Of a stretch of 64,000 bases of DNA, positions 18,669 through 27,368 are shown one piece after another (within the stretch, counting starts at the first letter, position 1; each line of letters opens with the position of its first letter). A program made the position numbers and the translations under genes. Source of the DNA: a bacterium (GTDB taxonomy: Bacteria; Patescibacteriota; Minisyncoccia; Phycocordibacterales; Phycocordibacteraceae); the NCBI GenBank assembly GCA_021802705.1, contig JAJZRL010000001.1, positions 84,379-148,378 on the forward strand, read 5' to 3'. Under the pieces are notes generated by a model. The model saw only the letters and a program-made list of their open reading frames with translations, searched no databases and had not been told where the DNA came from.

Positions 18669-20786
18669 ATGCCCGATAAGTTCCTCAAACCTTACAATCC
18701 GGCAGAAACCGAAACGCGGGTATACGAAGCATGGGAGGCGAGCGGGTTCTTTAATCCTGACAACCTTCCCGAAAACGGGGAGCCTTTCACCATAGTGATG
18801 CCGCCTCCAAACGCGAACGGTTCCCTCCACGCCGGCCACGCGCTCTTTATCACGCTCGAAGATATCCTGATCCGCTTCAAACGCATGCAAGGGTACAAGG
18901 CTCTCTGGCTCCCCGGCGCGGATCATGCAGGCTTTGAAACGCAGGTGGTATACGAGAAGAAGCTTGAGAAAGAAGGGCGGTCGCGGTTCCAGATGGATCC
19001 GAAAGATCTCTACGATGAGATCTACGCATTCACGATGCTCAATAAGACGGGGATGGAAGACCAGATACGGCAGATAGGCGCCTCGTGCGACTGGTCGCGC
19101 GAAAAATTCACGCTCGATCCGGCGGTCGTGCTCGACGTGCAGAAAACGTTCGTAAAGATGTTTGCGGACGGCCTCGTCTATCGCGGTAATCGGACGGTAA
19201 ACTGGTGCCCCAAGCATCAGACATCGCTCTCGGACGTCGAAACGACAAACGGAGAAGAGACCGCTCCGCTCTACTATTTCACGTACGGGCCGTTCACCAT
19301 CGCGACGGCGCGTCCCGAAACGAAATTCGGCGATAAGTATGTCGTCATGCATCCGGACGACGAGCGCTATGCGAAGTGGAAAGAGGGCGACTCGTTCGAA
19401 GCCGAATGGATAAACGGACCCATCACCGCGACGGTCATCAAAGACGAAGCGATCGACAAGGAATTCGGCACCGGCGTCATGACTATCACGCCCTGGCACG
19501 ATGCGACCGACTTTGAAATAGCAAAACGGCACCATCTCCCCTACGAACAGGTCATCGACTGGCGCGGCAGGCTCCTTCCCATCGCCGGAGAGTTCGCCGG
19601 AATGAAGATACTTGATGCCCGTCCGAAGATCGTCGAGAAGCTCGCTCTAAAGGGTCTCGTTTCGAAGATAGACGATACGTACCGGCACGTCGCGAAACGC
19701 TGCTACAAATGCAACACGTTCATCGAGCCGCAGGTAAAGGACCAATGGTTCGTGAAGATGGCTCCGCTTGCGCAGAAAGCGATGGAGGCCGTGAACGACG
19801 GCGCCGTGAGATTCATTCCCGAGAATTATGAAAAGATCTTCCGTTACTGGATGGAGAACACGCTCGACTGGAACATCTCGCGTCAGATCGTCTGGGGAAT
19901 CCCTATTCCGGCATGGTTCCGTAACCGCGGCACTGATGCCGAAGAATCCGTCGCTTCTCTCGAGAGGCCCGACGGAGACGGCTGGGAGGCGGACACGGAT
20001 ACCTTCGACACATGGTTCTCTTCAGGCCAATGGCCCCTCATCATGACAGGATTCCCCGAAGGGAAAGATTACGCGACATTCTACCCCACGGACGTCATGG
20101 AGACCGGGCATGACCTCATCTTCAAGTGGGTCCCGCGGATGATCATCTTCGGGCTCTATCTCGGAAAGAAAGTCCCTTTCCATACCGTATACCTTCACGG
20201 ACTCGTGAATGACGCTCAGGGCAAGAAAATGAGCAAATCGAAAGGCAATGTCGTGAACCCTCTCGACCTCACAAGCAAGTACGGAACCGACGCGCTTCGC
20301 ATGGCGCTCGTCGTCGGCAACACTCCCGGAACCGATCTCGCGCTGTCTGAGGAGCGGGTGAAGGGCTATAAGCATTTCGCGAACAAGCTCTGGAATATCG
20401 CGCGCTTCGTACTCGAGCATACCGGTGAAGCGGATATGAAAACGCCGCTTGTGGCACACGACGCGGCGCTGCGCAAAGAAGCGGAAGACCTCCTTGCGGA
20501 AGTAACGAAGGACATCGAGGAGTATCGCATTTACCTGGCGGCTGAAAAACTCTATCATTACGTTTGGCATGAGTTCGCCGACAAGATACTCGAGGAATCC
20601 AAAGAGATCCTCCGAAGCTCCGATGACGAGGCGAAAGCGTCGCGACGAGCGTTCCTTGTCCATACGCTTGACGCGTTCCTGCGCGCGCTCCACCCTTTCA
20701 TGCCTTTCGTAACGGAAGAGATCTGGCAGTCGTTGCAGAGCAAGGATGCCGCGTTCCTCATGATCGCGCGGTGGCCTTCGTCCTAG
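18669..20786 (+). CDS. valS: valine--tRNA ligase (short form, 705 aa)
   Basis: The class I HIGH motif (PPPNANGSLHAGHA), KMSKS and a ValRS-like editing/CP1 region are present. There is no C-terminal coiled-coil extension. Confidence 0.8.
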   Translation: MPDKFLKPYNPAETETRVYEAWEASGFFNPDNLPENGEPFTIVMPPPNANGSLHAGHALFITLEDILIRFKRMQGYKALWLPGADHAGFETQVVYEKKLEKEGRSRFQMDPKDLYDEIYAFTMLNKTGMEDQIRQIGASCDWSREKFTLDPAVVLDVQKTFVKMFADGLVYRGNRTVNWCPKHQTSLSDVETTNGEETAPLYYFTYGPFTIATARPETKFGDKYVVMHPDDERYAKWKEGDSFEAEWINGPITATVIKDEAIDKEFGTGVMTITPWHDATDFEIAKRHHLPYEQVIDWRGRLLPIAGEFAGMKILDARPKIVEKLALKGLVSKIDDTYRHVAKRCYKCNTFIEPQVKDQWFVKMAPLAQKAMEAVNDGAVRFIPENYEKIFRYWMENTLDWNISRQIVWGIPIPAWFRNRGTDAEESVASLERPDGDGWEADTDTFDTWFSSGQWPLIMTGFPEGKDYATFYPTDVMETGHDLIFKWVPRMIIFGLYLGKKVPFHTVYLHGLVNDAQGKKMSKSKGNVVNPLDLTSKYGTDALRMALVVGNTPGTDLALSEERVKGYKHFANKLWNIARFVLEHTGEADMKTPLVAHDAALRKEAEDLLAEVTKDIEEYRIYLAAEKLYHYVWHEFADKILEESKEILRSSDDEAKASRRAFLVHTLDAFLRALHPFMPFVTEEIWQSLQSKDAAFLMIARWPSS

Positions 20787-20811
20787 CGGATATCTGATAC
20801 AATAAGCTTCT

Positions 20812-21501
20812 GTGACTCTCTCTTCGTTTGGATACGCGTTTCTGGGCGGGCTTTTACCGTCGTTTATCTGGCTCTATTTCCTCCTGAAGGAAGATGCGCG
20901 TTGCCCTGAGCCGCGCACCTTGATCGCGCTCGCCTTCGTCGCAGGTATGCTGGCGGTGCCGCTGGCTCTTCCTTTTGAGCGCTATGCCGAAGGACATCTG
21001 CATGACAGCCTGTCCATTCTCATAGCATGGGCGACTGTCGAAGAGACCCTCAAGTATGTTATGGCCGCCCTGTTCATACTTTGGCGCCGTGCGGTGGATG
21101 AAGCGCCGGATTATGTCATATACATGATAACGGTCGCACTCGGGTTCGCCGCGGCTGAGAACATGCTTTTCCTGCTTGCCCCCCTTTCAAACGGCCACAT
21201 CGCGGCGGGAATCTCGACCGGCGACCTGCGCTTCCTCGGATCCACGCTGCTTCACGTCATCGCATCCGCCACGGTCGGCTTCGCGCTCGCCTTCTCCGAA
21301 AAGAGTTCCCCGACAAAACGGGTCTTTGCGGCGGCAGCCGGACTTATCCTCGCGATCGTGTTGCATACCGCCTTTAACGCGCTTATCATCAATCAAGGCG
21401 CCTCGACCGCGCTTGCCGCGTTCTCCCTCGTCTGGATTGCCGCGGTTATATTCTTAGCGACATTCGAAGTGCTCAAATACTTCCAGTATCGCAACCTTTA
21501 A
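20812..21501 (+). CDS. PrsW-family intramembrane metalloprotease
   Basis: Multi-TM protein with an EExxK-like motif (VEETLKY), FAAAENMLF and conserved His residues (STLLHVIAS, LHTAFNA). Confidence 0.7.
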   Translation: MTLSSFGYAFLGGLLPSFIWLYFLLKEDARCPEPRTLIALAFVAGMLAVPLALPFERYAEGHLHDSLSILIAWATVEETLKYVMAALFILWRRAVDEAPDYVIYMITVALGFAAAENMLFLLAPLSNGHIAAGISTGDLRFLGSTLLHVIASATVGFALAFSEKSSPTKRVFAAAAGLILAIVLHTAFNALIINQGASTALAAFSLVWIAAVIFLATFEVLKYFQYRNL

Positions 21502-21516
21502 TATCACTCGTTACGT

Positions 21517-22023
21517 ATGATCACGAAGCGCTCATTCTTCAATCGCCTCTACGGCAATTCATCGGTTGGCGATACGTTCGATTCTTTTGATGACGAGTTA
21601 CCGGATACGACTCTCATCCGGAAAGAGCCGCGCGAAAACGCGACCGAGGCAACGAAACGTTCTCTGCCGCTCGATGACGCTCCTTCAAGCGGTGAAGGCC
21701 AGCTTCCTGTCGACGTGCATCAGACCGCAAACGATATCGTCATACAAGCGTTCGTCGCGGGCGTGCGTCCCGACGAACTCAGTATTTCCATAAGCCGCGA
21801 TATGGTCGAGATATCCGGTGCGCGCATGGAACGCGAACAGATCGCGGGGCCGGACTATTTCACCCGCGAGCTTTTCTGGGGCTCCTTCTCGCGCACGATC
21901 CTCCTCCCGCAAGAGGTTGATGTCGATGCTTCTTCAGCAAGCGCCAAAGACGGCCTTCTCACGATCATCCTTCCGAAGCTCGACAAGGCACGGCAAACGA
22001 AATTGCGCGTCAAAGCGGGATAA
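21517..22023 (+). CDS. Hsp20/alpha-crystallin small heat-shock protein
   Basis: The ACD core PVDVHQTANDIVIQAFVAGVRPDELSISISRDMVEISGAR...GSFSRTILLPQEVDVDASSASAKDGLLTIILPK is present. Confidence 0.85.
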   Translation: MITKRSFFNRLYGNSSVGDTFDSFDDELPDTTLIRKEPRENATEATKRSLPLDDAPSSGEGQLPVDVHQTANDIVIQAFVAGVRPDELSISISRDMVEISGARMEREQIAGPDYFTRELFWGSFSRTILLPQEVDVDASSASAKDGLLTIILPKLDKARQTKLRVKAG

Positions 22024-22035
22024 CCGCAAAACGGA

Positions 22036-23124
22036 TCACTGCAGCGTGATTGTCTGCTCCTCCGGCGGAGAAGCGACTTCCTCGACGGAAAAGGGGAGAT
22101 AGGCGATGCGGCGTCCGTCCGATGTTTCTATGCTTACGCGCCACTCCCCTGCCTTGTCGATACGCACCGTCGAGTAGCCGCGGTAGCCTCCGTCGCGACC
22201 GCCGACAATCGGGTACGGAACAACCGCCTGCGTCACCCACTGTTTTTCTGCCGGGTCATACCATTGCCAGCGATGCACGATAGTCGTCATAAGCGTCGTC
22301 GGCGCAAAGACGGCGCTGTAGGCGGAGAGCGATTCGCCGGGGACGACATGCATGACCGGCGAAAACCCGAGATAACGGACGGCCCACGGCTCCGCCTCGC
22401 TCTTCGCGAGATACGCTCCCGGGACGCGCCACACGTCGTGATACACGCCGACGGCTTCTGCCGAGAGCGGCAGGGGCGGAAGGATGTTCGTAAAGTAGAA
22501 CGCATTCATGAGGATGAGTATGGCAAACGCGCCGATACCTATGCGAGAAAGGTCGGCACGGAATCGCGTGCGTGCGAAAACGTGTAGGAGCGCGATGAAT
22601 ACGGCGAAGATGCCGATTGCGAGCGCGCCGCTTTCAAGGAAAGAGAGCGTCCCGAGCGAGCCGGTATATATCGGCACGGCGAAAATGGCGTACGAGTAAA
22701 GCGCGAAGAAAAAGAGCAGGCTCGTGAAGACGAGCCGGTCATGGTAGCGGCGGAAATATTCATTGCCGAGCAGGATGAGGAAAAGAAAGGCCGGGAAAAT
22801 CCATGATCCGCCGAAAATGGCAGAACGGCCATAGAAGATGACGAGACCGCTCCAGAATCCGCCGAGCGCGAATTGCGTAACGATAGGGAGAACCCCTCTC
22901 CATCGCGGACGAGCGATGCCGGCGGCAGCACGCGACTCGATCCGGTGCAGGAGCGGGATAGTCAGGAAACAGATGAGAGTGTAAGAAGCGAAAACCGCAT
23001 GGGTTTTCCAAAGGTCAATGCGGCCGAAAAAGACATTGTCGGCAATGAATCCGGCAACCATCGCGAGTGCCGAGAGATGGCGCTCGTATCTTTGCACCCA
23101 AGCAAGAAACCTCCGGAAGAACAT
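22036..23124 (-). CDS. polytopic membrane protein with C-terminal DUF2914-like domain
   Basis: Eight or more hydrophobic helices are followed by a soluble C-terminal domain (…VRIDKAGEWRVSIETSDGRRIAYLPFSVEE). Confidence 0.6.
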   Translation of the reverse strand: MFFRRFLAWVQRYERHLSALAMVAGFIADNVFFGRIDLWKTHAVFASYTLICFLTIPLLHRIESRAAAGIARPRWRGVLPIVTQFALGGFWSGLVIFYGRSAIFGGSWIFPAFLFLILLGNEYFRRYHDRLVFTSLLFFFALYSYAIFAVPIYTGSLGTLSFLESGALAIGIFAVFIALLHVFARTRFRADLSRIGIGAFAILILMNAFYFTNILPPLPLSAEAVGVYHDVWRVPGAYLAKSEAEPWAVRYLGFSPVMHVVPGESLSAYSAVFAPTTLMTTIVHRWQWYDPAEKQWVTQAVVPYPIVGGRDGGYRGYSTVRIDKAGEWRVSIETSDGRRIAYLPFSVEEVASPPEEQTITLQ

Positions 23125-23128
23125 ACGG

Positions 23129-23201
23129 TGCTTGGAGTCGGGCTCGAACCGACGACCCCTTCCTCTTCAGGGAAGTGCTCTACCAACTGAGCTATCCAAG
23201 C
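23129..23201 (-). tRNA. tRNA-Phe (anticodon GAA)
   Basis: The reverse complement GCTTGGATAGCTCAGTTGGTAGAGCACTTCCCTGAAGAGGAAGGGGTCGTCGGTTCGAGCCCGACTCCAAGCA has perfect stems and anticodon loop CTGAAGA. Confidence 0.9.
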
Positions 23202-23212
23202 GAATACGGGCC

Positions 23213-23509
23213 TTACTGCCCCGCTTTGTACGAGTTTAGCAGCTTTTGGAGTTCGACGGAAGATGGCGTCCAAAACGGGCTTGTACTCGTCGGGCTCTGT
23301 GTTGCGTTGAATCTCTCTATGAAAGGCGTTATGTATTGCTGATAGAGATAGAGCGGGAGGGCAAGGACGATAATCCAGAAAACGACTTTGGCGATGAAAC
23401 CGATCCACTGGTCACGCCGGATGGCGCGTAACATGCGGTGGTTGTCTTTCGCGAGCGCATTGGTCTCTTCGAGAAGCCGTTTCAGCTCGGGATCCATGTT
23501 GCTCCACAT
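23213..23509 (-). CDS. hypothetical small membrane protein
   Basis: One TM helix (FIAKVVFWIIVLALPLYLY) is present, G+C is lower than the backbone, and no family was recognised. Confidence 0.4.
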   Translation of the reverse strand: MWSNMDPELKRLLEETNALAKDNHRMLRAIRRDQWIGFIAKVVFWIIVLALPLYLYQQYITPFIERFNATQSPTSTSPFWTPSSVELQKLLNSYKAGQ

Positions 23510-23801
23510 CTTATCATGAAATCCTGACGCGAAGCATGGATAACCCGTCGTCGTGCCTGCCGATAATCATGGCCTGGAGCGGAGAGCTTGACAATACTGG
23601 TAATATGCGTTTTACTTTTATCGGGATTCTATCTATCCGGAGACATTGCTGCCCCGTAAGCAGCGCGATACATGCCTTGAATTCATCAAGGTACGTATCG
23701 CGCTGCTCATGCTGAGTGGCAAACCTGTCGCGGTGTTGCGGCATCAAGCCACGGGATGCCAAAAGCTACCCGAATACGGCTACGGACTGGAGAGGAAGAA
23801 T

Positions 23802-24245
23802 ATGTACGTCGAATGGTCAGACGGTATCGGACCGCGAGAAAGGAGTCCTTTTCTTTTGTTTATCAGAGGAGACGAGATCCTTTCTTTCTATGGAGAGAAT
23901 ATCTCCGGTGTGGTTGCTATACGAGGTTTCGATCGTATCAAAAACGGAAAGTGGTCGTACACGGTGTATCGTCTGCAGGTTGCCGATGGCATCCGCTACA
24001 TCAAAGGACGCGACGGCTGGGAAACCGGCCGGTTCATCGAGGGACTCGGCGCCGCCGTCGGCTGCCCGACGCCTGATACATGGGCGGACACGGCCAAGGC
24101 ACTCGGGGTTTCGGTTTCAAGCGCCAAGGAGTTCCTACGGCGTCGGCGGCCGAAAGCTGCAGCCGAGCTCGACGAAGTCGATCGAGCGCTTGCGAACCTT
24201 GTCGTGGTGCCCCCTCCAGGAGTCGAACCTGAATCAGCTCGTTAG
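23802..24245 (+). CDS. hypothetical protein (147 aa); 3' end overlaps tRNA-Arg on the opposite strand
   Basis: A good Shine-Dalgarno sequence GGAGAGGAAG lies 5 nt before the ATG at 23802. The frame is open to 24245. The last ~13 codons (…VVPPPGVEPESAR) are read from the antisense of tRNA-Arg. Confidence 0.5.
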   Translation: MYVEWSDGIGPRERSPFLLFIRGDEILSFYGENISGVVAIRGFDRIKNGKWSYTVYRLQVADGIRYIKGRDGWETGRFIEGLGAAVGCPTPDTWADTAKALGVSVSSAKEFLRRRRPKAAAELDEVDRALANLVVVPPPGVEPESAR

Positions 24246-24279
24246 GAGTGAGCCGTTCTATCCATTGAACTAAGGGGGC
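24205..24279 (-). tRNA. tRNA-Arg (anticodon CCT), CCA encoded
   Basis: The reverse complement GCCCCCTTAGTTCAATGGATAGAACGGCTCACTCCTAACGAGCTGATTCAGGTTCGACTCCTGGAGGGGGCACCA has anticodon loop CTCCTAA and one A:C mismatch at the base of the anticodon stem. Confidence 0.8.
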
Positions 24280-24300
24280 TCTAGAGAAAGCCTAGCACAA

Positions 24301-24335
24301 AACGCGTACGCCGCTTGCGTACGCGTTTTTTCTTT
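24301..24335. terminator. strong bidirectional intrinsic terminator
   Basis: AACGCGTACGC-cgctt-GCGTACGCGTT is an 11-bp stem followed by TTTTTTC on the plus strand. It terminates the 23802..24245 gene and, in reverse, the glutaredoxin gene. Confidence 0.7.
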
Positions 24336-24360
24336 CGGAGCCGCAGGAAAACCTTTGAAA

Positions 24361-24603
24361 CTAAATGGAAACGCCGAGCGTCGAGGCGATGCGTTCTTTA
24401 TCGAAGCCGATGATCATCTCATCGTCGATAAAGATGACCGGGACGCCCATCTGGCCTGACTTCTGAATCATCTCCTGTCGCTTTTCAAGGTCATGAGCGA
24501 CATCGAAATCAGTATAGGCTATGCCCTTTTCCGTGAGGAAATCTTTTGTCATTTGGCAGAAATGGCAGGTCGGCGTGCTATAAATAGTGATTTTTTTATC
24601 CAT
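24361..24603 (-). CDS. glutaredoxin-like protein (Grx/NrdH family)
   Basis: MDKKITIYSTPTCHFCQMTKDFL... is 80 aa with a thioredoxin fold and a CxxC motif (CHFC). Confidence 0.8.
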   Translation of the reverse strand: MDKKITIYSTPTCHFCQMTKDFLTEKGIAYTDFDVAHDLEKRQEMIQKSGQMGVPVIFIDDEMIIGFDKERIASTLGVSI

Positions 24604-24688
24604 GATTATTGGCTTGTTATGCGGTAACCGCAGTATAGCATATCAGACTATCCACAGGAGCAATCTCGGCGGGAGAGCGGCCGCCGGC

Positions 24689-25090
24689 TTACACAGCATC
24701 AACCGCCGCCTTCAGCTTAGCTTCGACTTCTTTGGCGATATTCGCGAGCGCGGCGTTCTCGACGATAGACATGGCGACCGTCGGTAAGATCGTCGCGACA
24801 GAGACCTTCTTGCGAGCCTCGTACACGATGACATTGCACGGCAAAAGCAGGCCGATATCCTTTTCACTCTGTAATGCCTCATAGGCGAAAGACGGATTGC
24901 ATACGCCGAGAATGACGTAGCGGTCAAGCTCGACACCGAGCTTTCGCTTGAACGTCTCCTGTATATCAATCTCAAGCAAGGTACCGAAGCCCTGATTGGC
25001 AAAAGAGAGCTTCGTGCGTTCCACGACTTCGGGAAACGCGCCCTCGACTTCTCGTTTATATCCGTATTGCATACTGGAGAAGAATACCAC
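24689..25090 (-). CDS. DUF302 domain protein
   Basis: ...YVILGVCNPSFAYEAL...DIGLLLPCNVIVYE... matches the DUF302 core. Confidence 0.75.
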   Translation of the reverse strand: MVFFSSMQYGYKREVEGAFPEVVERTKLSFANQGFGTLLEIDIQETFKRKLGVELDRYVILGVCNPSFAYEALQSEKDIGLLLPCNVIVYEARKKVSVATILPTVAMSIVENAALANIAKEVEAKLKAAVDAV

Positions 25091-25125
25091 ACGAGAACCC
25101 TTGGAAAGCCCGAGTCGTTCCGAAC

Positions 25126-25199
25126 TGGTGCGGGTACCGGGAATCGAACCCGGGTCTCAACCTTGGGAAGGTCGCATTCTGCCACTAAACCATACCCGC
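25126..25199 (-). tRNA. tRNA-Gly (anticodon CCC), CCA encoded
   Basis: The reverse complement GCGGGTATGGTTTAGTGGCAGAATGCGACCTTCCCAAGGTTGAGACCCGGGTTCGATTCCCGGTACCCGCACCA parallels E. coli tRNA-Gly(CCC) and has anticodon loop TTCCCAA. Confidence 0.85.
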
Positions 25200-25212
25200 T
25201 CGTGTGAGCTAC

Positions 25213-25551
25213 CTAAAACCACTGAAGTATCCTTTGCCACCACGAGGTCGTCGTCGTCGGCGCCTGATTGGCGGGCGGTACCACCACGATAACTTCTTCC
25301 CCCGGTCTTGCAACCCCGAATGCGGTTCGGATAGCGGCATCTTGCCCGCGAGGCGTATTGAGCGCCGCCAGGTTCGCTTCGAGGGTCGTCTTGCGCTTCT
25401 CAAGCGATTGGTATTGCCGCTGCGTATCATGCGCCTGCGATATCGCTACCTGCGCTTTCCCGACAAGCCCCCAAATGAGCACGAGAAGCCATGACGCGAT
25501 AAGAAGGAGGAACCCTATGATAATTCCCTGCCGCAATTGCGTCCCGCGCAT
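25213..25551 (-). CDS. septum formation initiator family protein (FtsB/DivIC-like)
   Basis: An N-terminal TM helix is followed by a coiled coil (YQSLEKRKTTLEANLAAL) and the conserved ...IRTAFGVARPGEEVIVV segment. Confidence 0.7.
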   Translation of the reverse strand: MRGTQLRQGIIIGFLLLIASWLLVLIWGLVGKAQVAISQAHDTQRQYQSLEKRKTTLEANLAALNTPRGQDAAIRTAFGVARPGEEVIVVVPPANQAPTTTTSWWQRILQWF

Positions 25552-25574
25552 GAATCCCAGTATAGCGCGTCTTC

Positions 25575-27368
25575 CTAACGATCGCTTTCCTGCACCATCT
25601 TCATGAAGACTTCCTCGGGAATCTCGACTTTCCCGCGGGAAAGCAGCTTTTTCTTGCCGCGCTTCTGTTTCTCGAGGAGCTTCTTCTTGCGCGATACGTC
25701 GCCGCCATAGAGATAACCGGTAACATCTTTCCTCATCGCCGAAAGCGTCCGCGACGCGACGATGCGCCCGAGAGCTTGCGCCTGGATCTTTGTCACGAAG
25801 AGCTGCTTCGGCAGGATGGCGTGGAGCTTTTCCGCCATCCTCTCGCCCTCTTCTTGAACCCTGTGCCGCGCGACAACGCGCGCGAATGCCGGAACAGGCT
25901 CCTCGGCGACAAGGATATCGAGCCGCACGACGTCCGCGACGCGCTCGCCTATGAGCTCATACGAGAGTGATGCATAGCCGGAAGAGACGTTCTTGAGCTT
26001 ATCGAAAAATCCGCGCATAAGCTCCCGGAGCGGCATTTCCACCATGAGCTCGATGCGGCCGCCTTCGTACGTTTCCGTCGCCACGATGTGCGCCTCGTGT
26101 TCGTGGAGCATCTGCATGAGAGCGCTCATCGAATCCGGAGGCGTGATGATGGTGACTTTCGTCCAGGGTTCCTCTATCCGTACGATCTCGCCATGCTCGG
26201 GGAACTTCGCCGGCGTATAAACGATCTCCTCCTTGCCATGCCTGTCGGTAACACGGTAAGAAATGGTCGGCATGGTGACGATAAGCGAAAGGCTGAATTC
26301 GCGCTTCAGACGTTCGGTTATTATCTCGAGGTGCAGAAGCCCGAGAAACCCGCAGCGGAATCCCCTCCCCAGCACCCCTGAAGACTCCTCCTCGAAAGAG
26401 ATCGAAGAATCAGAAAGCCTCAGCCGCTCGAGCGACTGGCGTAAAAGGGGAAGGTCATCCTGACTCTCCGGATATACCGACGCCCACACGACCGGCCGCG
26501 GCCGCGAAAAACCGGGGAGCGCCGATAGCGAACCTCTCACGAGTCCGACGGTATCGCCGACAGCGACGATACCGGCTTCTTTCACACCCGTAACGACATA
26601 GCCTATCTCGCCGGCCGAAATGGAGTCGACAGGCGTCTCTTCGGGGCTGAAGACCCCGACTTCAAGCGCGGCGAATTCCCTTCCGGCAGCATGAAATCGA
26701 AGCGTCTGCCCTTTCCTGAAGGTTCCGTCGAAAACGCGGAGATACACCGTGATGCCGCGGTGAGTAGAATATGAGAAGTCGAAGATGAGTCCGCGCGGTT
26801 CCTCGCCGGATTCCGGCGAGGAACCGCGCGGGCTTGGAATACGTTCCGCTATCGCGTCAAGAAGTTCATCAACGCCGGCGCCGGTCTTCCCCGATACCGC
26901 GAGCACCTCGCTCGGCGGTATCTGCACGAGCCTGGAAAGCTCCTCGACGACCTCTCCGACCCGCGCCGCAGGAGCGTCGATCTTCGAAACGACGGGGATG
27001 ATGGCGCAGTGCTCCGCGCGGGCCGCTGCGAGCGTCGTCAACGTTTGTGCCTGCACGCCCTGCGTCGAATCGACAAGAAGAAGCACTCCCTCGACCGCCT
27101 TGAGCGCCCGCGAGACTTCGTACGAGAAATCGATATGTCCGGGCGTATCGATGAGGTTCAATATGAAGTCGCCATGCCGCATCCGTACCGGCTGCATTTT
27201 GATAGTGATGCCGCGTTCACGCTCGAGATCCATCCGATCAAGCACCTGATCGCGCATCAGGCGTTCTGGGATCGTGCCGGTGCGCTCAAGCAGACGGTCG
27301 GCAAGCGTCGACTTCCCGTGATCGACGTGCGCGATGATGGAAAAATTACGGATAAGTTTCTGATTCAC
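25575..27368 (-). CDS. lepA: elongation factor 4 (LepA)
   Basis: IRNFSIIAHVDHGKSTLADRLLE...DTPGHIDFSYEV... is a translational GTPase with the LepA-specific C-terminal domain. Confidence 0.95.
   Translation of the reverse strand: MNQKLIRNFSIIAHVDHGKSTLADRLLERTGTIPERLMRDQVLDRMDLERERGITIKMQPVRMRHGDFILNLIDTPGHIDFSYEVSRALKAVEGVLLLVDSTQGVQAQTLTTLAAARAEHCAIIPVVSKIDAPAARVGEVVEELSRLVQIPPSEVLAVSGKTGAGVDELLDAIAERIPSPRGSSPESGEEPRGLIFDFSYSTHRGITVYLRVFDGTFRKGQTLRFHAAGREFAALEVGVFSPEETPVDSISAGEIGYVVTGVKEAGIVAVGDTVGLVRGSLSALPGFSRPRPVVWASVYPESQDDLPLLRQSLERLRLSDSSISFEEESSGVLGRGFRCGFLGLLHLEIITERLKREFSLSLIVTMPTISYRVTDRHGKEEIVYTPAKFPEHGEIVRIEEPWTKVTIITPPDSMSALMQMLHEHEAHIVATETYEGGRIELMVEMPLRELMRGFFDKLKNVSSGYASLSYELIGERVADVVRLDILVAEEPVPAFARVVARHRVQEEGERMAEKLHAILPKQLFVTKIQAQALGRIVASRTLSAMRKDVTGYLYGGDVSRKKKLLEKQKRGKKKLLSRGKVEIPEEVFMKMVQESDR

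Noticed and set aside
24712-25185. 157-aa minus-strand ORF spanning tRNA-Gly
   Set aside because: It overlaps the tRNA and is in an alternative frame of the DUF302 gene, which has the clear domain match.
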